From contig NZ_CP011042.1 of NCBI RefSeq assembly GCF_002310835.1, positions 360,001 through 392,000 on the forward strand: a stretch of DNA of 32,000 nt, in the 5' to 3' direction. Positions 15,946-25,179 of the stretch are shown in pieces. A program made the translations under genes and the position numbers. Under the pieces are notes generated by a model. It searched no databases, was not told where the DNA came from, and was given only the letters and a program-made list of their open reading frames with translations. The first letter of the stretch is position 1. Each line of letters opens with the position of its first letter. Source of the DNA: Pseudoalteromonas tetraodonis. Its GTDB lineage: Bacteria > Pseudomonadota > Gammaproteobacteria > Enterobacterales > Alteromonadaceae.

Positions 15946-16193
15946 TGTCTCTAGGGATGAGCATATCATGGAGATCTAAGCAACCTAAACAAAAACGATG
16001 TGATAGGTGTGAACTGTATTATTCTGAATTTTTGGATAAATGTACGCATTGTTCCGATTTAAACGAAGCACAATTACTTATGCTTAAGGCTAAACACCAA
16101 GAATCTCTTAAACAAAATGCTAAGCTTGGTAAATACTTATTTATAGCTGCTGTTGTAATTGGTGTATTACTTTTTGTTAGTTTTTTATGGTAG
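15945..16193 (+). CDS. Small zinc-ribbon protein with a C-terminal TM anchor
   Basis: The ATG at 15945 overlaps the upstream stop (TAATG); the track start is 15933. It has CDRC-x12-CTHC, a helical linker and a C-terminal TM segment (YLFIAAVVIGVLLFVSFLW). Confidence 0.5.
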   Translation: MSLGMSISWRSKQPKQKRCDRCELYYSEFLDKCTHCSDLNEAQLLMLKAKHQESLKQNAKLGKYLFIAAVVIGVLLFVSFLW

Positions 16194-16330
16194 CGTTGGG
16201 TTTTTCCTTAAGTGGAAGAGGGTAAGTTAACAGAGAAAAACCCCCAAATACATTCAGCTTAAAAACTCATATCCATCCGGTAACTTTAAAATTTATCACA
16301 CTGAACTATCCGTCCAACTAACAGTTGTTG

Positions 16331-17920
16331 TTATTTAATTAAACCTAAAACTCCTTGATTAACTAAATAAGTCTGCGCTTCATCAGTATGGGGCTTAAAC
16401 TTTTTCCAGCGGCCTATGGCCTTGTTGTTAAGCGGTTGGCGCACTTGCATTTTGCTGGCGGTTGAAACTGGTGCGGTGTTTAAATGAAAATCAAGGCACT
16501 GTGGTTGCCAGTCTAAGTCGCAATAGCTCACTAATTCTTTTATTTTTTGCTCTGGTGCGGCGATGAGCTCTTCGTATTTTACTAGTTTAATATTGCTGTG
16601 CAGGGTGCTGAAGTGCTGCATCAGTTTATAAAAGCGGCTGTAAAATTTAGCGGTGTCGAGTAAGTCTAAGGAGTACGCGTAGTAGGGGTTATTAATAGTA
16701 AATAGCTGGCGATAGTTACCAATACAGGTGTCCATGGGGTCGCGAAGTAGGCAAATTATTTTAGCATTAGGCAGGGCTTTGGTAATTAAATCGATATAAA
16801 AAAAGTTAAACGGTAGCTTATCAATAAAGTGTTTATGGCTGCCGGTTACAACACGGGTTGCTTCAAGGTAAGTGCTGCCAAGTTTTGCAAAATCAAGCTG
16901 GTAAGCCTGGCTTAAGGTATCTGTATCGAGTACTTGAGGCGTGTGCGTTTGGCTAAGTTTTTTTACACTTAGGCCAAAGTCTTGCAGTTCTCCCGCTGAT
17001 TGTACGTCGCTGTGGCTTGATAAAATGCGTTCAACTAATGTGGTGCCAGAGCGCGGCATGCCTAATACAAAAATTGGCTCACTGCTTTGGTTGCCAGCCG
17101 TTTGTTGGTTTTTGTATTTATCACTGAGCTGTTTTATATGTGCAAATAAAGCCTCAGACGCTTGGTTATCAAACGCCTTATTAGCAAGTTTTGCTGCTTT
17201 ACCTTGTTGTAACGCGGCAAAGGCTGCTGAAAACTCTCCTAAGTCTTGATATTCTTTTGCTAGCGCATGACCTATATGTAGTTTAGCGTCGGGATGATTG
17301 ACCTGTTCGAATACATTTTTTAATCGCGCTATGTGGTTATTATGTTCGGTGACTTTAGTTAAATCGGCTAAGGCAAAATGACTTTGATGATGAAGCGGGT
17401 TCAGTGCAATGGCATTTTCAAACGCTTGCTGTGCTTTATCAAACTGGCCTAAAAATTTAGCACACACCCCATAGTTATAATAAAACTGCGGCTGACGAGT
17501 ATTACTCGCCTCAGCTAAACTTAATGCGCATATAAAGTAGTCAGCAGCATGCTGATGTAAACCCGCTTGGGTGAGCGCGACGCCTAATGTATCGGCATCA
17601 AGTGCTTTACTAATATGTTCAATCTTAACGCTGAGGGCGGTGTTTTTTGCTTTTTGTAAATTGCCGGTAAGGGCGTAACACTTGGCAAGTTGCGCTGTAT
17701 ATTCAATAGACTGGGTAAAGCTTAATGCTTTTTCAATTAGCTTTATCGCTTTATAAATTTGACCAACCTGTAAATTAACCATAGCGAGCAAAAAGTAGCC
17801 ATCAGCAAAGTCTGGTTTTTGTGTTACCAGCTCAACCAGTGCTTTATGCGCTTGCTGAATGTTGCCTTGGTTTAAGTTGTTGATAGCGCTTTGGTGTAGT
17901 TGCTTTAAGTTTGGCTGCAT
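16331..17920 (-). CDS. TPR-repeat-containing sulfotransferase-family protein
   Basis: 529 aa. The N-terminal ~270 aa are TPR-like. The C-terminal domain has the PAPS-binding 5'-PSB motif GMPRSGTTLVERIL and the 3'-PB-like LLRDPMDTCIG. Confidence 0.85.
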   Translation of the reverse strand: MQPNLKQLHQSAINNLNQGNIQQAHKALVELVTQKPDFADGYFLLAMVNLQVGQIYKAIKLIEKALSFTQSIEYTAQLAKCYALTGNLQKAKNTALSVKIEHISKALDADTLGVALTQAGLHQHAADYFICALSLAEASNTRQPQFYYNYGVCAKFLGQFDKAQQAFENAIALNPLHHQSHFALADLTKVTEHNNHIARLKNVFEQVNHPDAKLHIGHALAKEYQDLGEFSAAFAALQQGKAAKLANKAFDNQASEALFAHIKQLSDKYKNQQTAGNQSSEPIFVLGMPRSGTTLVERILSSHSDVQSAGELQDFGLSVKKLSQTHTPQVLDTDTLSQAYQLDFAKLGSTYLEATRVVTGSHKHFIDKLPFNFFYIDLITKALPNAKIICLLRDPMDTCIGNYRQLFTINNPYYAYSLDLLDTAKFYSRFYKLMQHFSTLHSNIKLVKYEELIAAPEQKIKELVSYCDLDWQPQCLDFHLNTAPVSTASKMQVRQPLNNKAIGRWKKFKPHTDEAQTYLVNQGVLGLIK

Positions 17921-17952
17921 GAATACTCTTATAAATAATGTACTTACAAAAT

Positions 17953-17982
17953 AAAAAGGCTCAAATTAATTTGAGCCTTTTT
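17953..17982. terminator. Bidirectional terminator (perfect palindrome)
   Basis: AAAAAGGCTCAAATTAATTTGAGCCTTTTT lies between the receptor gene end and the sulfotransferase start. Confidence 0.7.
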
Positions 17983-18030
17983 ATTGTACTTAAACTTATC
18001 GCTTAATTATATTCCCAACGTATCGTTTAA

Positions 18031-20445
18031 TTATATTTCAAACTTATAGTTAAATTTAATGCCAACAGTAAGCGGGCGATTAATAAAGTAACCATAGTTA
18101 CGTTGTATGTCTGCGCCATTGGCTGTTGTAATATCCGCATCTGAGCGACGAACAGAAGTCACCGCATATTTATTAAATAGGTTATCTACATATAAAGTAG
18201 TCGACCACGCATCGGTGGTTAATTTAGCTGAAATATTACTTAAGCTATAACCCGGGAGTACTTCACCGTTGTCACGTAGGCCTACTTTTGAAATTACATC
18301 ACTTTGTGCAGTTAAACCATAGTTAATATCAAGGGTTTTGTCGTTAAACACTTCTGTTTGGTAGTTAATACCCATAGAGAACTGGTGCTCAGGTGAGCCC
18401 GGTAAACGGTCGCCATCTTTTGCGCCATCAGTGCCATCGGCATTAAATAAATACGGAGCGTCTGAGGTTAGTTCTGCTTTTGTATAGGCATAAGTTGCAT
18501 AGGCTGTAAATGAGTCTGATAAAATTGCACGCGTGGCAATTTCAATCCCTTTCGCATTTGCGCTACCAGCATTTGATAAGTAAGGTAATTGGCCTACTGT
18601 TGTTGCACCGGCAATTTGTGCGTTATCCCAATCTACATTGAATAGCGCAGCATTAAAGTGTAATTGGCTTCTCATCCAGGTACTTTTAAAACCTAGCTCA
18701 TAGTTAGTGGTTGTATCGGCATCGTATAGCATTTCATCAGGTGTACCACAGCCTGTTTGTTGGTCTTCAGGTAGAGGTGTAGGGCAAGGCACTAAGCCAT
18801 TTGAGCCACCAATTCTAAATCCTTCACTTATAGTTGCATACGCCATCACTGAATCTGTAAATTGGTATTTAGCATTAAATTTGAACAGATTACCGTTGTC
18901 ACCGGCTTCGTTCTCTTCAAAGTTAACTGAAACCTCATCAGGTGCAGCACCTTCATACAAGGTATTTGCTAATGGGAAATCAAAAGCCGCTTTTGATTCT
19001 ACGTCGTATTCGTAAAAACGCGCGCCAATGGTAATGTCGAGTTTATCGGTTACCTGGTAACCCACTTCACCAAAAAGTGCTGATTCAGTGACTTTGCTAC
19101 CAGTAATTTCTAAATATTCTAAAGAGTCTGGTCTAAGTTGTGCGCCATCGAAATTATCAACCGCGAATTGATCAAACCCTGGTGTGTACTCTCTGCTTGA
19201 TGCATCGGTGTCAGTTTTGTTGTAAAAACCACCAACAATCCAGCTTAAATCGCTATCGCTTTGTGAGACTAAACGCAGTTCTTGGGTAAACGTGTCTTTT
19301 TCGTCAATTTCACGGGTATAGGCTGAAAACGAGGGAAACTCTTCGTAGCCATAGTCTAAGCGAATTAAAAGATCTGTTTGGTCACGTTGCCCATCGGCGT
19401 CAAATTGTGAAATACCGGTGGCTGATACTAGCTCGGCAAAACCTAAGTCGGCTTTAAGTTCAAGGCTCAGTAATTGGTCTTCTTTTATCCGTGGCTCTTC
19501 ATAACGGTACGCTGACTCGTATTTGCCAATGCGATCACTTAAGCCATTGTTAGCATTAAGGCTGTTGTGATGAACAATGGAACGACCCTCAGTATCTTGC
19601 TTTTGATAGAAGTAGTTTAATGTGCCTTCGAATGACTCGTTTGCCTTGTAACGTAATGAAATACGCCCAGTTGTGGTGGTTTCACCGTTGGCGTCTTTTA
19701 CATTTTTAAGATTGCTGTTTACTGCATCAAGGTTTGTCCAATCAGGGTCGGTAATCGAAACACCTAGTTCACGAACGGTGTAGGCGTAGTCAATAAACCC
19801 TGGGTCTTCATAAATATTTAAGCTGGTACGAACAGCAAGTTTGTCTTCAATTAATGGTAAATTGAAGATAAAGCCCGCTTCACCACCGACCGAATCACTT
19901 TCTTGAGTTTGAAAAACATCACCAAATACTTCACCTGAGGTGAAATCAAGCTCTGGTTCTTTAAGCATGTAACGAATAGCGCCACCAAGTGTGCCTGCCC
20001 CATATAATGTGCCTTGCGGCCCAATAAGCACTTCCACACGCTCTATATCAACTAAACGCATATCAACTGAGACAGGAATTTCATTAATATAAGTGGCAAC
20101 AGTGCCACCATCTGATGAAGGCCCTGATGAATTAGTATTTAAACCACGGACTATAATAGGTGAACTGGCACGGCCACCTTGATCTGTAATTGTTAAGCCC
20201 GGTACCCAACGTGCTACATCGGCCAGCTCACTGATGTTTTGATCTTTCATTACATCAGCATCGAGCGCGGTAATGTTAAGAGGCGCAGCTTGAATTGAGC
20301 CACTTCGGCGCGTTGCTGTAACCTCAATAACTTCAAGCGATTTGTTCTTTTCAATAACTTGCTCTTGAGCCACTGCATTACTGCTAAATAATACACCGCT
20401 CAGTGCGCTTGATACAGCCAAGGTTAACAGGCTTGGTTTAAACAT
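18031..20445 (-). CDS. TonB-dependent outer-membrane receptor (804 aa)
   Basis: It has a signal peptide (MFKPSLLTLAVSSALSGVLFSSNAVA), a TonB-box-like LEVIEVTA, a plug (IERVEVLIGPQGTLYGAGTLGGAIRY) and a long beta-barrel. Confidence 0.9.
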   Translation of the reverse strand: MFKPSLLTLAVSSALSGVLFSSNAVAQEQVIEKNKSLEVIEVTATRRSGSIQAAPLNITALDADVMKDQNISELADVARWVPGLTITDQGGRASSPIIVRGLNTNSSGPSSDGGTVATYINEIPVSVDMRLVDIERVEVLIGPQGTLYGAGTLGGAIRYMLKEPELDFTSGEVFGDVFQTQESDSVGGEAGFIFNLPLIEDKLAVRTSLNIYEDPGFIDYAYTVRELGVSITDPDWTNLDAVNSNLKNVKDANGETTTTGRISLRYKANESFEGTLNYFYQKQDTEGRSIVHHNSLNANNGLSDRIGKYESAYRYEEPRIKEDQLLSLELKADLGFAELVSATGISQFDADGQRDQTDLLIRLDYGYEEFPSFSAYTREIDEKDTFTQELRLVSQSDSDLSWIVGGFYNKTDTDASSREYTPGFDQFAVDNFDGAQLRPDSLEYLEITGSKVTESALFGEVGYQVTDKLDITIGARFYEYDVESKAAFDFPLANTLYEGAAPDEVSVNFEENEAGDNGNLFKFNAKYQFTDSVMAYATISEGFRIGGSNGLVPCPTPLPEDQQTGCGTPDEMLYDADTTTNYELGFKSTWMRSQLHFNAALFNVDWDNAQIAGATTVGQLPYLSNAGSANAKGIEIATRAILSDSFTAYATYAYTKAELTSDAPYLFNADGTDGAKDGDRLPGSPEHQFSMGINYQTEVFNDKTLDINYGLTAQSDVISKVGLRDNGEVLPGYSLSNISAKLTTDAWSTTLYVDNLFNKYAVTSVRRSDADITTANGADIQRNYGYFINRPLTVGIKFNYKFEI

Positions 20446-20819
20446 AAAAAGTGATCCTAGTTCAATAAAATGTGTTTATAAATGAGCGGTAATAGTATCA
20501 GGGTGTTTTAGTGATGGAAATAAAAATATGAATTTTAATTCACTTTTTTAGAATAAAAATATAAAAGTGAGTTTGAGTGTTTCGCGCTGTATATTAAATA
20601 AACAAAGGCGTTGCTTTAAAATCAACCAAAATAATAATTGTGCCTAATATAGATAAAAACTGGATAATGAATAGTTTAAAACGACATTACTTATATTTTT
20701 ATAAACACTATAAAAATGAATATTCCCCCCCATAACCTTTATAAATACATGTTTAATTATTGATAACACCAACAGCACAGTTTAGCTGTGGCTGTGAGTC
20801 AGTTATATGAGGATTTATA

Positions 20820-21914
20820 ATGTCAAAGCTGTTTTCACCATTGTCACTTGGTAAATTAAGCCTAGAGAATAGAATTATTATTGCACCCATGTGCCAGTAC
20901 TCGGCCAACAATGGGGCTGCAAGTGACTGGCATACCATTCATTTAGGGCAATTGAGTTTAAGTGGAGCGGGTTTACTTATTTTAGAAGCGACGGCCGTTA
21001 ATCCCGAAGGGCGAATTAGTTACGCCGATTTAGGATTATGGGATGATACTACCCAAGCTGCATTAGCAAAAAGTTTAACGGCCGTAAGACAATACAGCCC
21101 AATGCCTATTGGTATTCAATTAGCCCATGCAGGTCGAAAAGCGTCAACCGATAAACCATGGGATGGCGGTGGGGCACTTATGCCCGATCACCTCAATGGT
21201 TGGCAAACGGTTGCGCCATCAGCCATTGCCTATGATGAAAACAGCCCCACTCCCAAAGCGATGAACCAAGATGATATAGATTCGCTCATAAGTGACTTTG
21301 TTAATGCGGCAAAGCGCGCTGACGAGTTGGGCCTTGATTTAATAGAAATACATGGCGCGCACGGTTATTTGCTACACCAGTTCTTATCGCCGCTGGCAAA
21401 CAAACGTGATGATCAATACGGTGGTAGCCTAGAAAATAGAATGCGATTATTACTCGACGTATTTAAAGCTGTAAGATCGGCATTTCCAAGCAATAAAGCG
21501 GTGGGTGTACGTATTTCAGCAACCGATTGGGTTGATGATGGTTGGGATTTACCGCAATCAATTGAACTGGCAAAAGTGCTTGACGCGTTAGGGTGTGACT
21601 TTATTCATGTAAGCACTGCGGGTTTAAGCCCTGAGCAAAATATACCTGTTGCTAAGAATTTTCAGGTGCCGTTTGCAACCGCCATTAAACAGGTTGTGAA
21701 TATGCCAGTGATAGCGGTGGGTTTAATTACCGAGGCACAGCAAGCTGAAAGTATTATTAGTGATGAACGTGCTGATGGTGTCGCTTTAGCGCGGGGTATT
21801 TTATATAACCCACATTGGCCTTGGCATGCTGCGGCCGAGTTGGGCGCGCAAGTGCAGGCACCAAAGCAATATTTGCGCTCAAGCCCACATGGCAAGCCAT
21901 CCCCTATAAAATAG
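20820..21914 (+). CDS. NADH:flavin oxidoreductase, Old Yellow Enzyme family
   Basis: 364 aa. Motifs are NRIIIAPMCQY and IEIHGAHGYLLHQFLSPLANKRDDQYGGSLENR. Confidence 0.9.
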   Translation: MSKLFSPLSLGKLSLENRIIIAPMCQYSANNGAASDWHTIHLGQLSLSGAGLLILEATAVNPEGRISYADLGLWDDTTQAALAKSLTAVRQYSPMPIGIQLAHAGRKASTDKPWDGGGALMPDHLNGWQTVAPSAIAYDENSPTPKAMNQDDIDSLISDFVNAAKRADELGLDLIEIHGAHGYLLHQFLSPLANKRDDQYGGSLENRMRLLLDVFKAVRSAFPSNKAVGVRISATDWVDDGWDLPQSIELAKVLDALGCDFIHVSTAGLSPEQNIPVAKNFQVPFATAIKQVVNMPVIAVGLITEAQQAESIISDERADGVALARGILYNPHWPWHAAAELGAQVQAPKQYLRSSPHGKPSPIK

Positions 21915-21928
21915 TGAATGACTTAACT

Positions 21929-21959
21929 ACAAAACCCAAGCAAATAGCGTGGGTTTTGT
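21929..21959. terminator. Stem-loop terminator between convergent genes
   Basis: ACAAAACCCA ... TGGGTTTTGT: a 10-bp stem with an 11-nt loop. Confidence 0.6.
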
Positions 21960-21990
21960 GTGTCTCGGTAGCTTAATATTTAATTAAATA

Positions 21991-22857
21991 TTAAGCAGCG
22001 GGCTGCTTTTTACTGTTTGACGTTGAGCTGCCAACCGAGGCAATAATAACTAATAAAATAGCAAGCCACTGCCAAATGCTAAGTAGTTCACCTAAAATAA
22101 CTAAGCCAGCGAGTGCTGCAATAGCGGGTTCAAGGCTCATCATAATGCTAAACCCTTGCGGCGACATATTCCGCAATGTGATCATTTCTAAAGTGTAAGG
22201 TAGGGCACTTGAAAGTACCGCAATGGCAATACCTAACGGAATAATATCCCAAGTAAATGCGGCACTTTGTGATATGCCTCCATAAGGTACAAGCACAATA
22301 GCTGAAATGGTCATGCCCATCGCTACCGTTGCGCCACCAGAGCTTTGGCTGCCGGTTTTTTTACCAAATAAAATATAACCTGCCCAACACGCACCCGCTG
22401 CTAGAGCTAAAAATACGCCAATTGGATCTAAACTTTCTTGGCCTTTCATATCGGGTAACAGTAATAATATTCCGGTTATTGCGCAAGCAACCCAAAATAA
22501 ATCACGCTTTCGTCTTGATGAAAATAACGCAACGGCAAGGGGCCCTGTAAATTCAAGCGCAACACCAATACCCAGTGGAATACGTTCAATGGCGTAATAA
22601 AATAGAATGTTCATGCCGCCTAGGCTCAAACCATAAATTAAGATGGGTAAACGCTGGCTTGCAACCGGAAAGTGTCTCCAAGGTTTAAAAATTAAACAAA
22701 GAATAGCGGCAGAAAAACCTAAACGTAAGGCCGTTGTGCCCTCAGGGCCAACAATAGGGAAAAGCTGCTTAGCCAGTGAAGCCCCAGACTGAATAGTGAT
22801 CATTGCAAGCAATATGCATAAAATAGCCAGTAATAGCTCTTTGGTTGATTTTTGCAT
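21991..22857 (-). CDS. rhtA: EamA/DMT-family threonine/homoserine exporter
   Basis: 288 aa with 10 TM helices. There are long colinear matches to E. coli RhtA as I recall it: IQSGASLAKQLFP, TALRL, FKPWR, YGLSLGGMN.LFY, PLGI.VALEFTGPLAVALFSSRR, GAGACWA.YI, ALPY.LEMI.L. Confidence 0.75.
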   Translation of the reverse strand: MQKSTKELLLAILCILLAMITIQSGASLAKQLFPIVGPEGTTALRLGFSAAILCLIFKPWRHFPVASQRLPILIYGLSLGGMNILFYYAIERIPLGIGVALEFTGPLAVALFSSRRKRDLFWVACAITGILLLLPDMKGQESLDPIGVFLALAAGACWAGYILFGKKTGSQSSGGATVAMGMTISAIVLVPYGGISQSAAFTWDIIPLGIAIAVLSSALPYTLEMITLRNMSPQGFSIMMSLEPAIAALAGLVILGELLSIWQWLAILLVIIASVGSSTSNSKKQPAA

Positions 22858-23049
22858 GGTCGTCCTTAAATATTGCCATTTAATTGCGGCGCATATTACC
22901 TGCTTTTACCTACGCAGGTAAATGTAAATTAACGTTTTACATGGAGTCCCCAGTGATGAGAGGCTATCACTGGGCTGAATGAAAAATAAGCGTTACTCTT
23001 TTTAAGATTGAGGTGGCGGGTAATGAGGGCTGACTGATTGAGTAAAAAT

Positions 23050-24051
23050 TTATAGCTCAGCTTTACTATCGGCAGGGTATATAACGCCCAATTGTGCGCG
23101 GGCGGTATCGAGTACCGTCATCACATCGCGTGAAAGCTGGTGGTTGTTAATATGTGACTCTAATGCATTTTGCTCAATCATCTCAATAAAGTGCGCCACT
23201 TCATACTTCATAAAATGCTCATCAAAATCTGCACTTATTGTTTCTTTTTGGCCATTATTAGCGATGAATTCCACTTTTTTAAGTTGCGATACAGCTTCAA
23301 TACGAATACGGCCTAACTCACCTTGTATTTCGGTGATGTTCTCGCCTTGCGATATTTTTGAATAACTAATTACCGCTTGTTTATCTGCATAATTTAAAAG
23401 TACATCGCCGGCACCATCAACACCGGTTTCTAGTAATACGCCACTGGCGTGCACACTGTTTGGTGCGCCCCACAGTGCTATAAGTAAATAAAGTGGGTAA
23501 ATACCCAAGTCTACTAATGCGCCATTTGCAAATTCAGGCAAAAAGGTATTAGGGCGCTCGCCGTTTTTGAGCTTATCGTAACGTGACGAATATTGGCTAA
23601 ATTGGCCAATAAATTTACGCGGTGTACCGATTCTTTTTAATGCGTTTTTTAAAACAGCAAAGTTAGGTAAATGCGTTGTCATCATCGCTTCCATGTACAA
23701 ACGTTGATGTTTTTGAGCAGCCGTTAAAATAGCAGTAAGCTCATGACTATTTGCTGCTGAGGGTTTTTCGCCAAGTACGTGTTTGCCCGCAGCTAAACAT
23801 TGCACTGCATAGTCTTTATGCAGGCTATTTGGTGCGGCAATATATACTGCCTCTACAAGCTCGTCTTGGCAAACAGCGTCAATGGAGGTAAATATTTTTG
23901 CTTGAGAATGAGTGGGGTGATTAGCTAAAAATCGCTCAGCGCTACTTTCTGCCCGAGAACACACACCGTATAAATTAAAATTACTCAGAGTACTTGCCGC
24001 ATCAAGTAGGGTGTCGCTAATAAAATTGGTACCTACAATCACAAAATTCAT
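23050..24051 (-). CDS. Gfo/Idh/MocA-family NAD(P)-dependent oxidoreductase
   Basis: 333 aa with an N-terminal Rossmann fold and the EKP motif (HVLGEKP). It lies 37 nt downstream of the AraC-type gene on the same strand. Confidence 0.8.
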   Translation of the reverse strand: MNFVIVGTNFISDTLLDAASTLSNFNLYGVCSRAESSAERFLANHPTHSQAKIFTSIDAVCQDELVEAVYIAAPNSLHKDYAVQCLAAGKHVLGEKPSAANSHELTAILTAAQKHQRLYMEAMMTTHLPNFAVLKNALKRIGTPRKFIGQFSQYSSRYDKLKNGERPNTFLPEFANGALVDLGIYPLYLLIALWGAPNSVHASGVLLETGVDGAGDVLLNYADKQAVISYSKISQGENITEIQGELGRIRIEAVSQLKKVEFIANNGQKETISADFDEHFMKYEVAHFIEMIEQNALESHINNHQLSRDVMTVLDTARAQLGVIYPADSKAEL

Positions 24052-24088
24052 GTTTAGCCTTTTTATGTATTTTACACAGCTTTGCAGT

Positions 24089-25090
24089 TTAACAATATTT
24101 TGCTCTAAATGCGCGGGCAGAGCAGTTAAACCAGCGTTTTACACTGGCACTTAATGTGGCTTGTTCTTGATAACCTAACAGCTCGGATATTTGTGAAATA
24201 GAAAATTGGTTTTGCATTAAATAGTGTTCACATAATGCGCGGCGAGTGGCATCTTTTAGTTTTACAAAGCTGGTGTTATGTTTTTTAAGTTCACGATGCA
24301 AGGTGCGAGGATGCAGATTAAGTGCCGTTGCTATCGTTTGGTTTGAGCATTGAAAAAGGGGCAGCATGGGTCGAATAAGTGCACTTACTTGCGAAGGTAA
24401 CGACTGAGTATGCGCATTATTAGCGGCTAAAAAGTTTAATGCGGCTTGTACTTTGTGTTGTTCAGAAACATTAAGTGGCAATAATAAATCGTTTTTGGCG
24501 ATTAAAATACCGGCGCTATTTCTGTGTTCAATAACGTTACAGCCAAAGTGTTGATGATAAGCCCGTATATTTGCATCAATCTTTTGCGGTAAAAATACCT
24601 TAATGGGTTTACATTGATTTTGGCTCACTTTTTTTAAGGTAGCGAGCGCCAGTGCAATTGTTAATTCAATAACTTGATTTATAACAGGTAAAGGCTTGAG
24701 TTTTATTTCGAATGATAAAAATATATTTTGGTCATCTTCAAGTGTATGCGTGGTTAAATTAAGTGCGGGTGTATGTAAGTGCAGGTATTTAATTACCCAT
24801 GTAAGCGCTTCACCTAAATCAGTTCCACTTTTAGCGGCGATAGCGATATGCCCTAAAATATCAAAACTTTGTTTGCTAGCGAGTTTAAGGCCAAAACTTG
24901 GGCAGTTTAAGCTATGAGCGCAGTATTCTAAAAGTTCGGCATAATGGCGATAAGTTAAGCTTTGGGTTTCAAGGGAGTTTAACGTTACCTCAATGGCGCA
25001 ATGGCGCATGATGCATGCTGTATCACCACCTAGTTCGGTAATTAATGTATCAATTCCCTGTAAAGAAGTGGCTTTAATTAGGCTGCTCAT
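24089..25090 (-). CDS. AraC-family transcriptional regulator
   Basis: 333 aa with a C-terminal double HTH (..FSISQISELLGYQEQATLSASVKRWFNCSARAFR). It is divergent from the GMC oxidoreductase gene. Confidence 0.85.
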   Translation of the reverse strand: MSSLIKATSLQGIDTLITELGGDTACIMRHCAIEVTLNSLETQSLTYRHYAELLEYCAHSLNCPSFGLKLASKQSFDILGHIAIAAKSGTDLGEALTWVIKYLHLHTPALNLTTHTLEDDQNIFLSFEIKLKPLPVINQVIELTIALALATLKKVSQNQCKPIKVFLPQKIDANIRAYHQHFGCNVIEHRNSAGILIAKNDLLLPLNVSEQHKVQAALNFLAANNAHTQSLPSQVSALIRPMLPLFQCSNQTIATALNLHPRTLHRELKKHNTSFVKLKDATRRALCEHYLMQNQFSISQISELLGYQEQATLSASVKRWFNCSARAFRAKYC

Positions 25091-25179
25091 AACAATTGCA
25101 TTAGTGAAGAGGTGTCTAAAAATATCAAGTTTTTAGTAGATAATCCATGCAAAGTAGTTTTTTTAATGGGAGATATTTT

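Noticed and set aside
20663-20681. A Fur-like sequence, GATAATGAATAGTTTAAAA, upstream of the second TonB-dependent receptor
   Set aside because: It matches the consensus at only about 11/19 positions, lies about 220 nt from the start codon, and sits in a generally AT-rich spacer.
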